A DNA stretch of 64,000 bases from Cyanophora paradoxa CCMP329 (taxonomy: Eukaryota > Plantae > Glaucophyta). A model generated the notes under the pieces. That model worked only from the letters and a program-made list of their open reading frames with translations. It ran no database searches and had not been told where the DNA came from. The stretch lies in NCBI GenBank assembly GCA_004431415.1, contig QPMI01000444.1, positions 62,001 through 126,000 on the forward strand. Reading direction: 5' to 3'. Positions within the stretch are counted from its first letter, which is position 1; the number at the start of each line of letters is the position of its first letter. Positions 35,670-47,072 of the stretch are shown here, in pieces. Made by a program: the position numbers and the translations under genes.

Positions 35670-36195
35670 CCCTAGTCAAGCCGACTAGCTAGCCGGCTTG
35701 ACTAGCGGCCCTCGGCGGGCGGCTCTAGCCGCCCTCTTCGGTGTACGTACGCTAGCCGGCTGGCCAGCCTGACTAGCCGCCAATCAGGCTAGCCGGCTGG
35801 CCAGCCGGCGGCCAGCGCTAGCCGGGCCGGGGGGCTACCGCCCAGAAGGGGTACAGAAAAGGGGAGAACTGGCTAGGGAAGGGTCTAAAACTTGCGGAAC
35901 TGGCCATGGGGCCTCAAAAGAGTGACAAGGTGGCATTAAGGTGATTGCGAGCATGTTTCCGCGTTCAGCTATAGCTACACGAAAGACGTGCTTTTCGCGG
36001 GACTAGAGGCGGCTAGAGGGGGGGGGAGAAGCCCGAAACTAGCTAGCCGGCTAGTTAGGCGCCGAAGGCGCCTCCGCTAGTCAAACTAGCTCAGCCGCTG
36101 AGCGGCTAGCGGCTAGAGCCGGAAGTCCGGGCGGCTTGATTTGACTAGAGCCGAGCCTCGGAGGGGGGCTCCGAGCTAGCCGCAAGCCTAGCTAG
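35670..36195. repeat. CTAG/GCTAGCCGG-rich palindromic low-complexity tract, possible TE remnant
   Basis: Many gctagc, ctagccggc and gactag units in both orientations. Confidence 0.6.
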
Positions 36196-36314
36196 AGCGA
36201 GGCCCACCAGACGGGCCCCGGGCATTCCATACGCTTGGCACGTTCGATTGGGCGCCTCGACGGCCGAATTCGAGATTGCACGCCTCCGGATCTGAGGTTA
36301 ACGTCACTTGTACT

Positions 36315-36350
<36 letters not shown>

Positions 36351-36753
36351 CAGCCACTCGCGCCCGCACGTGCACGGGCTCGCCCTAGGGACCAGCCAGG
36401 GATCGGTGTCGCGTCCTCGAATTTTTAGACAATTGAATCTCTAAAGATATATCGATCGCAGCTGGGCCCATTGCTCGACTTGTACCGTAGTACGTATACG
36501 GCATCGACATGGGGCCCGCCGCCCGGGGCTGACCCCCCGGGCCGGGGCCCCGCACCCTCAAAGCCCTTTTTGAATCGCAAGAATGCGTATAATCATAAAT
36601 TGTGTTTCACTCACTGAATCAGTGACTTGCGCGAGCGCGGCGCCCCCGCGCACGGGGCCGCTGTGCATGTCCCGTCCTGCCGAGGGCGTCCTGCCTACGA
36701 GTCCTGCCTACGCGAGCGAGAGGCCTGCGCTCCAGGCCCGGCGGGGCTGCAGG

Positions 36754-39700
36754 CTACACGAAGGTGTAGGCCTGGGACAGGCTCGTGGAGCCGTACCCCT
36801 CGTTGAGGACGGTGACGTCGCAGGCGCCGGCGGCGACGGCCGGAGTGACGGCGACGAGCGTCCCGTCCGCCTCGCGGAACACGGAGGCCGCCCCCACGCC
36901 GCAGAGCGTCACGCTGAAGTCCCCGTTCCACAGGCTCAGGTTCTTGCCGAGGAGCGTGACGGCCTCGCCGCCGGCGGCGGGGCCCGAGGCCGGCTGCACG
37001 GCCAGCAGCTGCCCAGGCGACGCGTACTGGAACCCGCCCGCCATCCTCACCGTCCCCGCGCTCGAGGTCGTGACCGCCACGTCGCCGTGCCCGGGGGCCA
37101 CCCCCGCCGCCGTCGCGTTCCCCGCCTGCACCAGCAGCTGCGGGGCGGGCCCCGTCGGCGCGGGCGCGCAGAGGAAGCGGGGCCGGAGAAGGGCGGGGCG
37201 CACGCGGGTGGGGCTCGCTTCGAAGACGTGGGCGACGGGGACGCCCCTGAGGGCGACCGCGGCGACGGCGGCGGGGCCCTCGCCCTCGAGCACCAGCGCC
37301 GCCCCGACGATCGTCACGTTGTAGCCACCGTAGACCCCTGACCGGCCATCGCGGGGTCGGGCGCGGGGCGCGAGAGGGGCAGAGCGGGAGGGCAGCGGAC
37401 CGCCGCGGGCGGGCGAGATGATGTGCACGACGGGGCGGCTGACGCACGGGTGCCACCCCGCCTCCGAGCCTGCGCCGGCCCGGTCAGGGGTCGGACGGGG
37501 GGCGGAAGGCGAGGCGAGGCCGGGGCACGCACGGTCGACGGCCGCGCAGGGGATGCAGGCGGCCCGCCCGTAGTTCGAGGTCCAGTTCCGCGGGCTGTAC
37601 CCCCGCGTCAGGGCGCGAGCGGGGGGCGGGGCGGGGGTACAGCGGACCAGACGTCGCAGCCGTCCTGGCCCGTGCGGTTCTGGTACGTGCCGGGCACGCT
37701 GAGGCAGGGGGCGGGCGGGCAGCAGTGAGACGGGCGCCCAGGAAGAGCGAGGGGGAAGCGGGCAGTGCGGACCAGAGCTTGCAGACGCCGGTCTCGCTGT
37801 TGTAGGTGCCGGCGGGGCACGGGCTCGCCACGCCGCCCGTGCACTTCGAGCCCTGCGCGCGCGTCGGGGCCCGGCCGGGCGAGGGGCGGGGGGCGGGGCG
37901 GACGGTGGGGCAGGGGAGGCAGCTGGTGGAGCCGGCGACGAGGGTGCCGGGGCAGGCGATGAGGGTGCTCCCGAGGCAGACCTTGCCGGGGGGGCAGACG
38001 AGGCACTGCGTGGCGCCCCCGAAGGAGTAGGTGCCGGCGGGGCAGGCGAAGCGGGCCGAGGCCTGGCAGAAGGAGCCGGCCGTGCAGGGCCAGCACGTCG
38101 CCAGGGAGAGGTCGTAGTACTGGCCCGCGGGGCACGCGCACGCCTGCGAGCCGGCCGGCAGCAGGCCCACGTTGTCGACCCTGCCGCCCGCGTGAGAAGG
38201 AGAAGAAGAGGAGGGGAGAGTGAGGGGTGCGGACGAGAGGGAGCCGGAGTAGCCGTCCATGACGAGGAAGAGGGAGGCGGTGGCGACGGCGCGCGGGGGC
38301 GTCAGCGTCGCCGCGAAGTGCGTCCACGCGTCGATCTGCGAGGTCGCGTTGAAGGGCCCGTCTGCGGGGGCCACCGGCAGCTGCCAGCGCGTCTCCGCGT
38401 CCACCGTCCCTGCCCCGCCCGCCCGCTCGACAACGCCGCGAGCGAGGAGGAGGAGGAGGGCGAATGCCGGCCCCGCGCACCGTCCTGGTACTCGATGCCG
38501 AGCTGGAAGCCGATGAAGGCGCTCGCGCGCTCCTGCAGCACGCCCCGCGTCTGCACCCACCCGTGCAGCACCTGCGCGCGCGGGAGAGAGCAGTCGGCGC
38601 GCGCGCGTGCGGCGGGGGGCGGGCGGCGGGGGGCGGCGGCACCAGCGGCATCGGGTCCTGCAGCTCGATGCTGATCGGCGTCTGCACGGCGCGCGTCTGC
38701 CCGGGGGCGAAGGAACGTAAGGAAGGCCGGAAGGAGAAAGGAAGGGTGTGAGCGGGGGCGGACGCGGGTGGAGGCGCCGGCGCCGGGGGGGACGTCGAAG
38801 CGGATGGAGGCGGCGTCGCCGAGGCCGGCGTCCCGGTCCAGCGCGTAGGGCGCGATGTCCGGCGAGCTCCAGTACCTGCGGGGCGGGCCTCAGCGTTTTA
38901 GAGGGAGGCGGAGGCGTGGGGAGGGGGCGGGCGGGCCGGGAGGTGATGGCGCCGGTGGCCGAGTCGGTGTCGGAGACGCCCATCCCCGCGTTCCGCACGA
39001 AGCCGCTCATCCCCTCCCCGAACTCCGCTGCGCGGGCGTCGGCCCCGGCGTGGGGCGCGGGGGGTGGGCTGCGGGGCGCACTGCGTGTGCAGACTGCGGC
39101 GGCGAGGGAGGAGTTGAGGGGCCCCAGGTCCGCGAAGGACGTCACCCGCACCAGGTTCGCGCTCGTCTGCCACCAGGTCGACCCGGCGCGGCGCGAGGCG
39201 CACAGGGCGGAGGGGGCGCACGGGGGTGGAGACGACGGTGGTGAAGGTGGCGAGGGACGTCGACGCCGCCGCCAGGTTGACCCCCACGCCCACGATCTGA
39301 GGCGAGGGGCGTGAGGGCCGGGGCGAGGGGGGCGGGGCGGGGCGGGGCGGGGCGGGGCGGGCCTGGATGTTGTTGGGGTCGTTCTTGGCGGTGGAGGCGG
39401 CGGCGGTGGCGCCGTTGACGCCGTTGGCGAAGGTGTTCGAGACGGGGCTCCCCGCCAGCAGCACCATCACCCGCCGCGCCGTCAACCGCGCGCTCTGCGG
39501 TGGGTGAGCAACGCGGGGGCGAGGCGAGGGCGGGGCGGGGGGGCGGGGGCGCCTGGGCGAGGGTGGAGCGGGCGAGGTCGATGCCGAACTCCAGGTAGCG
39601 CGTACCCCCGACTGGCGGGGGGGGGAGAGAGAAGGGCAGCGACGTCAGGGCAGGAAGGCGGGAGCGGGGCGGGGGCGGCGGACTCTTGGCGAGCTCGGGG

Positions 39701-42700
39701 TCCTCCAGGGCCGCCACCAGCGTCGAGGCGTTCGCCGAGAGCCCGTGGATCAGCCGCGCGCCTGCAGCCCAGAGGCTTCAGCCGGCGGCGCGGCGCGGCG
39801 CGGCGGGGAGGGCGAGACGGGAGAGGCGCACTGAAGCCGTACTGGAGGACGGCGACGTTGGCCGCCGAGCTGCCCAGCGCCAGGCTCTGCGCGGCGCGGC
39901 CCGCGGCTCACGGCGGGGAGGACGGGCGGGGAGGGGTAAAGGCGTGCCCTGACGAAGTCGACGGCGAACTGCTTCTGCAGGTCGAACTCCGCCGCGGAGA
40001 GGCTGCGCCGCGCGTCAGCGAGGCCGGCCCGGCGCTGCTCTGCGCTCCGCGGCGGGGCGGGCGCACCCGCCGTAGCCGTCGAGCACGACGACAACGTCGA
40101 CGGGCGTGTCGCAGCCGCCGACCGAGCGCGCCACCGTCTCTACAGCGCCCGCGCCCCGGCTCAGCGGGGGCGTCGGTGGCGGGGGCGGCGCGGCGGCGCG
40201 GGGGGCGGGGTGACGCACGGATGGGGTTGGAGCAGTTGAGGCAGGCGGGGAAGCCCGGGAAGCCGTAGGTGCCGGCGGGGCAGGCGGAGCAGGACTGGGC
40301 CCCCGGGAGGGACTCGAGCATGGGCCCGCAGCTGGAGCACTGCGCCTGGGAGATGGCCCGCGAGGTGACCGAGAAGGTCCCCACGGGGCACGGCGAGCAG
40401 ACGTCCTGCCCGCCCCCGGACCACGTCCCCGGCAGGCAGTCCAGGCAGAGCGCCGAGGAGCCGGCCCCCGCCGTCAGCGACGCCGTCCCCTTCGGGCCTG
40501 CCCGCGCCCGCCCCGCTCGAGAGGGCGGCGCGCGGGCGGAGATGGCAAGGGCGGGCGCACAGGGCTGGCAGTCGGTCACGTTGCGGGAGGCGCGGGCCTC
40601 GAGGAACGTCCCCGCGCGGCCTGCCCGCCGTCAGCAGGGATGGCGGTGACTGCGCGGGTGCTGCGGCGCGGCGCGGCGCACAGGCGGTGCACGCGGCGGC
40701 GCCCGTCCCGTCGTTGTACGTCCCCTCCGGGCCTGCGCCACGCGGCGTGAGTAGCCGAGGTGTGGGGAAGATGTGGGCGGGGCGAGCGCACAGTCCGTGC
40801 AGTTCGTGGCACCGAGGTTCGGCTGGTGCGTGCCGGGCCCGCAGGCGACGCAGGTCGCGTTGGAGGTCGCCCCGACGGCCGTGCCGATGAAGCCGACCGG
40901 GCAGGGCGTGCACGTCCCCAGGCCCTCGCTCGCCCCGTACGTCCCCGCGGGGCACGCCACGCACGCCGACGCGTTCGTCGAGCCGGCCGCCAGCGTGTAC
41001 GTGCCGACCTGTGCGTGCGCGTGTGCGCGCGCCGGCGCGGTGAGCTCCCGGTGGGCGCGGGTGGGCGGGCGCGCGCCGGCCGCGGCGCACGGGGCAGAGG
41101 TCGCAGGAGGAGGCGGTGGAGCTGTTGGTGAAGGAGCCGCGCGGGCACGCGTCGCACTGCCCCGCGCTCCCCGCCGAGAAGCGCCCGGGCCCGCAGGGCG
41201 TGCACCCCGAGGAACCCTCCACGCTGAACGTCCCCGCCTGCGCGCCGGCTCGGGGGAGGCCGAGGAGCGCGGGGCGGGGGCGGGCGCACGGGGCAGGCGT
41301 CGCAGGCGCCCGAGGCGCTGGCGTTGGAGAAGCTGCCGGCGGGGCACTTGGTGCACGCCGCCGCCCCGTCCAGCGAGAAGCTCCCCGCCGGGCACGAGAG
41401 GCACCGGTACTTGCCTGCCCCGCCGCCGCCGCGCTCGCACCCGCTCCGGAGGGCGCGCGCTTCCCCCGGGGGGCGCACCGGCGTCGGTGGTGGAGTAGGT
41501 CCCCGCCGTGCAGTTCGTGCAGTTCGTGCTCCGCTCCGCGCTGAGCCGCGGGCCGGTCACGGGCGGCGCGGGGGACGACGGGGCGACCCGAGGCACCTGA
41601 ACTGGCCGGGGGGGCAGCGGTAGGACTCGCAGTCGGCGTCGCTCGTGACGCAGGCGATCACGATGAAGCCGTCCGACGCCCCTGCGCGAAGAAGCGAAGC
41701 GAAGGGACCGTGTCGGCATCGGAGGGCGGGCGGGCCGGCCGGGGCGCGAGGCGGGGGCGGGCGGACCGCCGCCGAAGCCGGCCTGCTGGAGGGCGGAGTC
41801 GACGGGGAAGGCGGGGAGGGCGTAGAGGGTCGTGCTCGACTCGTTCCCGAAGTTGCCGCCCAGCGTCGTCACCGCCGTCACGTTCCCCACCCCGCTCGCC
41901 GTCCCCACGAAGGCCACCCGCCCCCGCCGCCGCGCCGCGTCCGCCACGCCGTCCGTCCCCGGCAGCATCGTCGAGTACTCCACCCCCGTCAGGTTCCCCT
42001 TGAACCCCGTCACGAAGCTGCCCGCGCGGGGCGGCCCGTCAGCGCAGCGCGGCGCGGCGCAGCGATCAAGCAAAAGGGAGCGGGGCGGACCCGGCGGTGG
42101 AGGGGACGGCGGCGCTGTTGTAGTACCAGGCGGCCGGCGTCTCCGGCAGGCGCTCGTACGTCGCCCCGTACAGAACCACCGTCCCTGCCCCGCCGTCAGC
42201 CGGCCAGCTGGCGGAGGGCACCGGGGGCCGGGGGCACCGTTGTCCATGACGAGGGCGCCGCGGGGCGTCGCGGGGGCCGGCCGCTCCACGTTCGAGCAGT
42301 CGCACGGCGCGCTCCGCCGGATCCCCTCCCGCGGCAGCGGCGCCCTGCGCGCGCCCGGGCGGCCCGGCCCGCGTCGGCGCCGGGGCAAAAGCGAGGGGAG
42401 GCAAGAAAGGGCCGCACCCCGAGCCGAAGTAGGATGCGTCGGTGGCGGAGCTGACGAAGCCCGTCTGCGTGGCCGCCAGCGAGACCCGCTGCACGTACCT
42501 GCGCCCCCCAGCCCCGCCGCCGCTCGGACCCGCCCGGCCCGGCCCCGCGCGGCGCTCCGCGGGGAAGAAAGGCCGCGCGCACGTCCCGAAGGGGTTCAGC
42601 GTGCCGCAGGGGCTCGGGTAGCAGCGGTTCTGCCGTCCGGGGCTCAGGCGGACCCGGCGAGGCCGGCGGGGCGGGGCGGGGCAGGGCGGACGGCGAAGGC

Positions 42701-44119
42701 GGTGGAGTTGGCAGCGAGGTCGGAGGCGGCGCGGTCGAGGACGGAGGGGAGGCCCGTCGAGCCGTCCACCACGCCCGCCAGCGTCCTGCCCGCCCCGTCA
42801 GGCCCTGGAGATTCGAGCCGGCGCTGCTGCGAGAGGGCGGACAGGGCGCGGGCGGCGGCGGCGGCGGCGGGCGGGGCGGTGGCGACGAGGAGGGCGGAAA
42901 CAGAGGCGCGGGTGCCGGCGGCCGCCGCCTGCGTGCCCGTCCAGCCGTAGACGAGCCCGCCCGGGTTCCCCGTCGGGTCGTAGATCGAGACGGAGGGCGA
43001 CGTCCTGCGGGGACCCCGGCCGCGTCACGCGAAGATTGGAAGGGGAAGGGAGGGAGGCGGCTCGCCAGGCGCCGAAGGACTGGAAGGGGGTGTAGTCGAG
43101 GGAGCCGGAGACGTAGACGAGGGCGCTGCCGCCGCGCCCGTCCACGGCGACGCCGGTGACCCGCGTGCGGCCCGTCGAGCGCTTCCAGGAGACCGCCCCG
43201 TCCAGCCCCGCCACGCGCATCACGTCCGTGCCGGCCACTGCGCGCGACGGGAGGCGTGAGGGGCGCGGCCGTGGGCCCGGGGGTGGGGGGCGGCCGGCGC
43301 GCCGACGACCACGTCCGAGACGCCGGTGCCGGCGTCGGTCTCCAGCAGCGCCATCCGCACCGCCTGCGACCCCAGCTCCTCCGACCTCCATTGCAACTGC
43401 CCGGCGGCCTCAGCGGCGGGCCGGGAGGTGGGCGGGGTGGGGCGGGGCGGGGCGGGGCGCGCCGCCGATGCGTCCTCGCTGAGGCGGAGGACGGAGTTCT
43501 GCTGCAGGACGAAGATGCCGCCCGTGGATCCCGTGTCCACGTCCGCCAGCACTTGCTGCGGGGCGCGGGGCGGGGCGTGGGCGGGGGGGAGCGGGGGCGG
43601 GGCGGGGCGCGCGGCGCACCACGACCGAGTCCACGTACACGACGCTGTACAGCTCGTCCGCGTCCTTGCTGCGGGCGGGCGTCGCGGGCGGCCCGGGCGG
43701 GCGGCGAGCGGGGCGCGGCGGCACCTGAGGAAGGCGAGGAAGCCCGTCGTGTTCTGCGGGATGACGTACTGCTCCGTGTCGAAGACGGTGCAGTTCTCGT
43801 CCGCCGTGTAGTTGCAGATGATGTTCGTGCCGTAGACCGGCGCCGTCCAGTTGTAGGACGGGACGGCCGAGAACATGGCCGGGGCGGGGATGGGGGCGTG
43901 CCCGCCGACTATCAACTGCCCAGAGGGCGTGAACGTGACCGATGTGAGCGTCTCATCCCCGGTCCCGCCGAAGTACGTGGCCGAGATCACTGCGGCAGCG
44001 AGGCTCAGCGCGGGAGCGGGAGGGCAGCATGCGAGCAGCGCACGGCGGTCGAATGCAAGGCCCGTGGTAGACAGCAGCAGCACGCCGACTACAACTAAGA
44101 GCGCTGCTCTCCACCGCAT
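36754..44119 (-). CDS. Large secreted Cys-rich protein: signal peptide, beta-rich N-terminus, GCC2/GCC3 (ephrin-receptor-like) repeats, vWA, C-terminal IPT/TIG domains
   Basis: Signal MRWRAALLVVVGVLLLSTTGLA; ATYFGGTGDE; many CPAGT(Y/F)...C..C repeats at 37550-38150 and 40220-41640; vWA DVVVVLDGYG|S...FDLQKQF...VAVLQYG; IPT LAVQPASGPAAGGEAVTLLGKNL...AYTFV*. Confidence 0.82.
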
Positions 44120-44526
44120 CGTATCACCGCATCCACGGCCGCTGCTCGATGCTGAGCGCCAGCGCTTGGCGGCGTGCAGGCTTGCTGGGCTGGGCTCGTC
44201 TGAAGTGCCCTCCGTCGCAGCTCGATCTTCTGAAGCAATGTATGAATCTAGCTAACCAATCTTCCCGCCCAGGCTTGTGCCAGGCTGCCAGCTGGCCCAC
44301 CGGAACCCAGGCGCTCGACGAAGGCTCACCGATTTCCCCGAAGCTTCAACGCTAACCTAACTCTGACAACACTGCGTTCAGCTGCGGGTTGCGAGGCGGA
44401 GGTGGAGGAAGGCTACGAATTCGTGTATCCCTCGCGCGGTGACTTGCTGGGCCTGAAGCGGCGCAGCTAGCCTGATCTGTAGGAAGCAGCTGATTTACTA
44501 AGTGAGTTCGATCAGCTCGTCCGGAG

Positions 44527-46915
44527 ATGTCATGGTTCAGCAACCTCATCAGCTGCACGCCGCTTATGACCCTATGCAGCGCGAACGGAGTCGGCAAAAA
44601 GAAGGAGCCCGTCTCGTTCGCTGCGCTCCTCGGTGAAAACGTGCACAGTGCGTCGCCGGGATTCTGACCGCACTCTGCCTCCGAGCCGCGCTGTCGGCTG
44701 CCCCTCCCGGCCCGCGGCGCGCGCGTGCGGCGGCTGTGTGCGCCTAGCTAACGCTCTGCGCTTGCAGCTAAAGGGGGGCTTATCTCCACGACCTTGGTGC
44801 GCCCGGGCCTCCTCAGAGGGCCAGCGGTGCCTGACGCTCGCCGCGCGACCACAGGCGACCACGAACAAGAAAGGAGTGCTCCTGTACTTCTCAGCGTCGT
44901 GGGTTCGCGCTGCACACGCCGCCTAGGCCGTCGCGCCCCCGTCCGGTCTGACCTTTGTGCGCTGTCAGTGTGGGCCGTGCAAGCAGTTCACCCCGGTGCT
45001 CATGCAATTCTACAAGGAGAACAAGGACAAGGAGGGGCAGCAGTTCGAGGCGCGCGCCGCGTGCCGGCGGAGCCGCGCATCCGCACCCGCAGCTGACGGC
45101 GGCCGGGGTGCGGCGGCGGGGCGCAGATCGTGTTCGTGTCGCAGGACCACTCGGAGGAGGAGTTCCTGAAGTACTACAAGGACATGCCGTGGGCGGCGAT
45201 CCCGTACGAGGAGCGGGACCGGGCGGCCGCGCTGGGGCGCAAGTTCCGCGTCGCCGGCATCCCCATGCTCGTCGTCCTCGACGAGGAGGGCCGCCTGTGC
45301 ACGCCCAAGGGCCGCGACTTCGTGCACCGCGACCCGAAGGCCGCCCAGTTCCCCTGGCGCCCCAAGACCCTCCACGACCTCCTCAAGGGCGCCAAGGGCG
45401 TCACCAGCGCCGGCACCGAGGTCCGCCGGCGCCGCTCTAACCGCTCTGGCCCGGCCGGGACCGGGCGGAGGCTCACGCGGGGGCTGGGCGGCAGTACGAG
45501 CTGAGCGGGGCGATCAAGGGGAAGATCACGGCGCTGTACATCGGGGCGCTGTGGGCGGCCCCCTGCCAGAAGCTGACCCCCGTCCTCGTCGAGGCCTACA
45601 AGAAGCTCGAGCGCGACAGGAAGCCCTTCGAGGCGCGCCCCCGCCCGGGCGCCCGGCCCCGGGCTTCTCGCAGCCGGGGGGCCCCCTGACGCTGGCGCAG
45701 ATCATCTTCGTCAGCAACGACAGGACGGAGAAGGACGTGCGCGCCGCCGCGCCCCCGCCTAGCGTCAGCCAAACTAGAACAGAGCATCATCGCCCCCGCC
45801 TCGCATCGAGCCAGACTAGACGAACAAAGCATCATCTCCCTTCCCGCCCCGCCCCCGCCCCGCCCCCGACCGCCGCCGACCGGGCCGGCGGGGCGGGGGC
45901 GCAGTTCCAGAAGTACTTCGAGGGGATGCCGTGGCTGGCGATCCCCTTCACCGAGGACTCCCTCCGCGACAAGATCTGCACAAACTACGAGGTGGGCGGG
46001 GCCGGGGCGGGGCGGGGCGGGGCGGGGCAGGGCGGGGCGGACGGCCTGACACGCGCCCGCGCAGGTGCGGGAGGTACCGACGCTGGTCGTCTTCGACGAG
46101 AACGGGACCCTCCTCCTCAGCGACGCCGCCGAGGTCCGCCCTCGGGATCCCATCCGATCCGATCCGATCCGATCCGACCCGGTCCGGTCCGATCCGGCCC
46201 GGCGCAGCTCGTGATGAACGACCCGGAGTGCAAGAAGTACCCCTGGAAGCCCGACGTCGTCGACGTGCGCCCCGCCCCGCCCCGCCTCCGCTCCGCTCGC
46301 TCGGCGCGCCTCACGCCGCCGCCTCGTAGGACATGGAGGGGCCCCGCGCGGCGGCCGCCGTCGCCCGCGACCCCATGTGCGTCGTCATTGCCCCCCGGGT
46401 GCGTCCCTGCCCCTCACCACCCCTCCCCGCGCCCCCTGCGCCTCGGCCGAGCCACGCGCAGGAGCTGGTGGAGATCGCGCGGGCGGCGATGATGCCCGTT
46501 GCCAAGGAGTACGCGCGGCAGGCCGAGGTGCCGCCCTCTCGCGGGGTCCTTTCGGGCCCCGCCCGGCCCGACGCCGGCCGCAGAAGAACGGGGAGGACGA
46601 GCCCAAGGCCAAGTTCTTCGTCGGCTCGGAGGGCAAGGCCGTGCAGCTGGTCCGCACCCCTCACTCACTCAGCGCTGCCTCCGCCCCTCCTCCCCGCTCA
46701 CCCCGGGGCGCGCCGCGCAGGTGCGGCAGGTGACGGGGATCCAGGACCCGCTCGCGATCCTCTTCCTCAACCTCCCCTCCGTCTACAAGGCCGAGTCCAA
46801 GCAGCTCACGGAGCGCAACATCGAGTCCTTCGTCGCCGACGCCCTCGCCAGCAAGCTCCCCGCCCGCCCCATCAGGAAATCCGCCCTCGCCGACCTCTTG
46901 AAGGAATCCTCCTAG
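44527..46915 (+). CDS. Nucleoredoxin/tryparedoxin-like multi-thioredoxin-domain protein
   Basis: KGVLLYFSASW|CGPCKQFTPVL...IVFVSQDHSEEEFLKYYKDMPWAAIPY; second domain ALYIGALWAAPCQKLTP...FEGMPWLAIPF; a degenerate third Trx-like domain; stop at 46913-46915. Confidence 0.88.
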
Positions 46916-47072
46916 CGCCGGCCGCGGGCCCGCATAGCAGCTAGGGATAGCTAGGCTAGCTAGCTTTCCAGCGACACTCAGGCAGGCAGCGTATTCTTTT
47001 GTAGCAGGTACAAGGCTCTAGGCTGCGCGCGGCGGGCGGGCGGGCGCGGGGCGCGGGAGGCGGGGCCGGCGC

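Noticed and set aside
36317-36349. Long poly-C run (also ~33956-33981)
   Set aside because: Homopolymer length is unreliable in assemblies and there is no independent evidence of function.
44890-44985. Selenocysteine (UGA) in thioredoxin active sites
   Set aside because: After splicing, the motifs read WCGPC here and WCPHC in the TlpA-like gene, with normal Cys codons.
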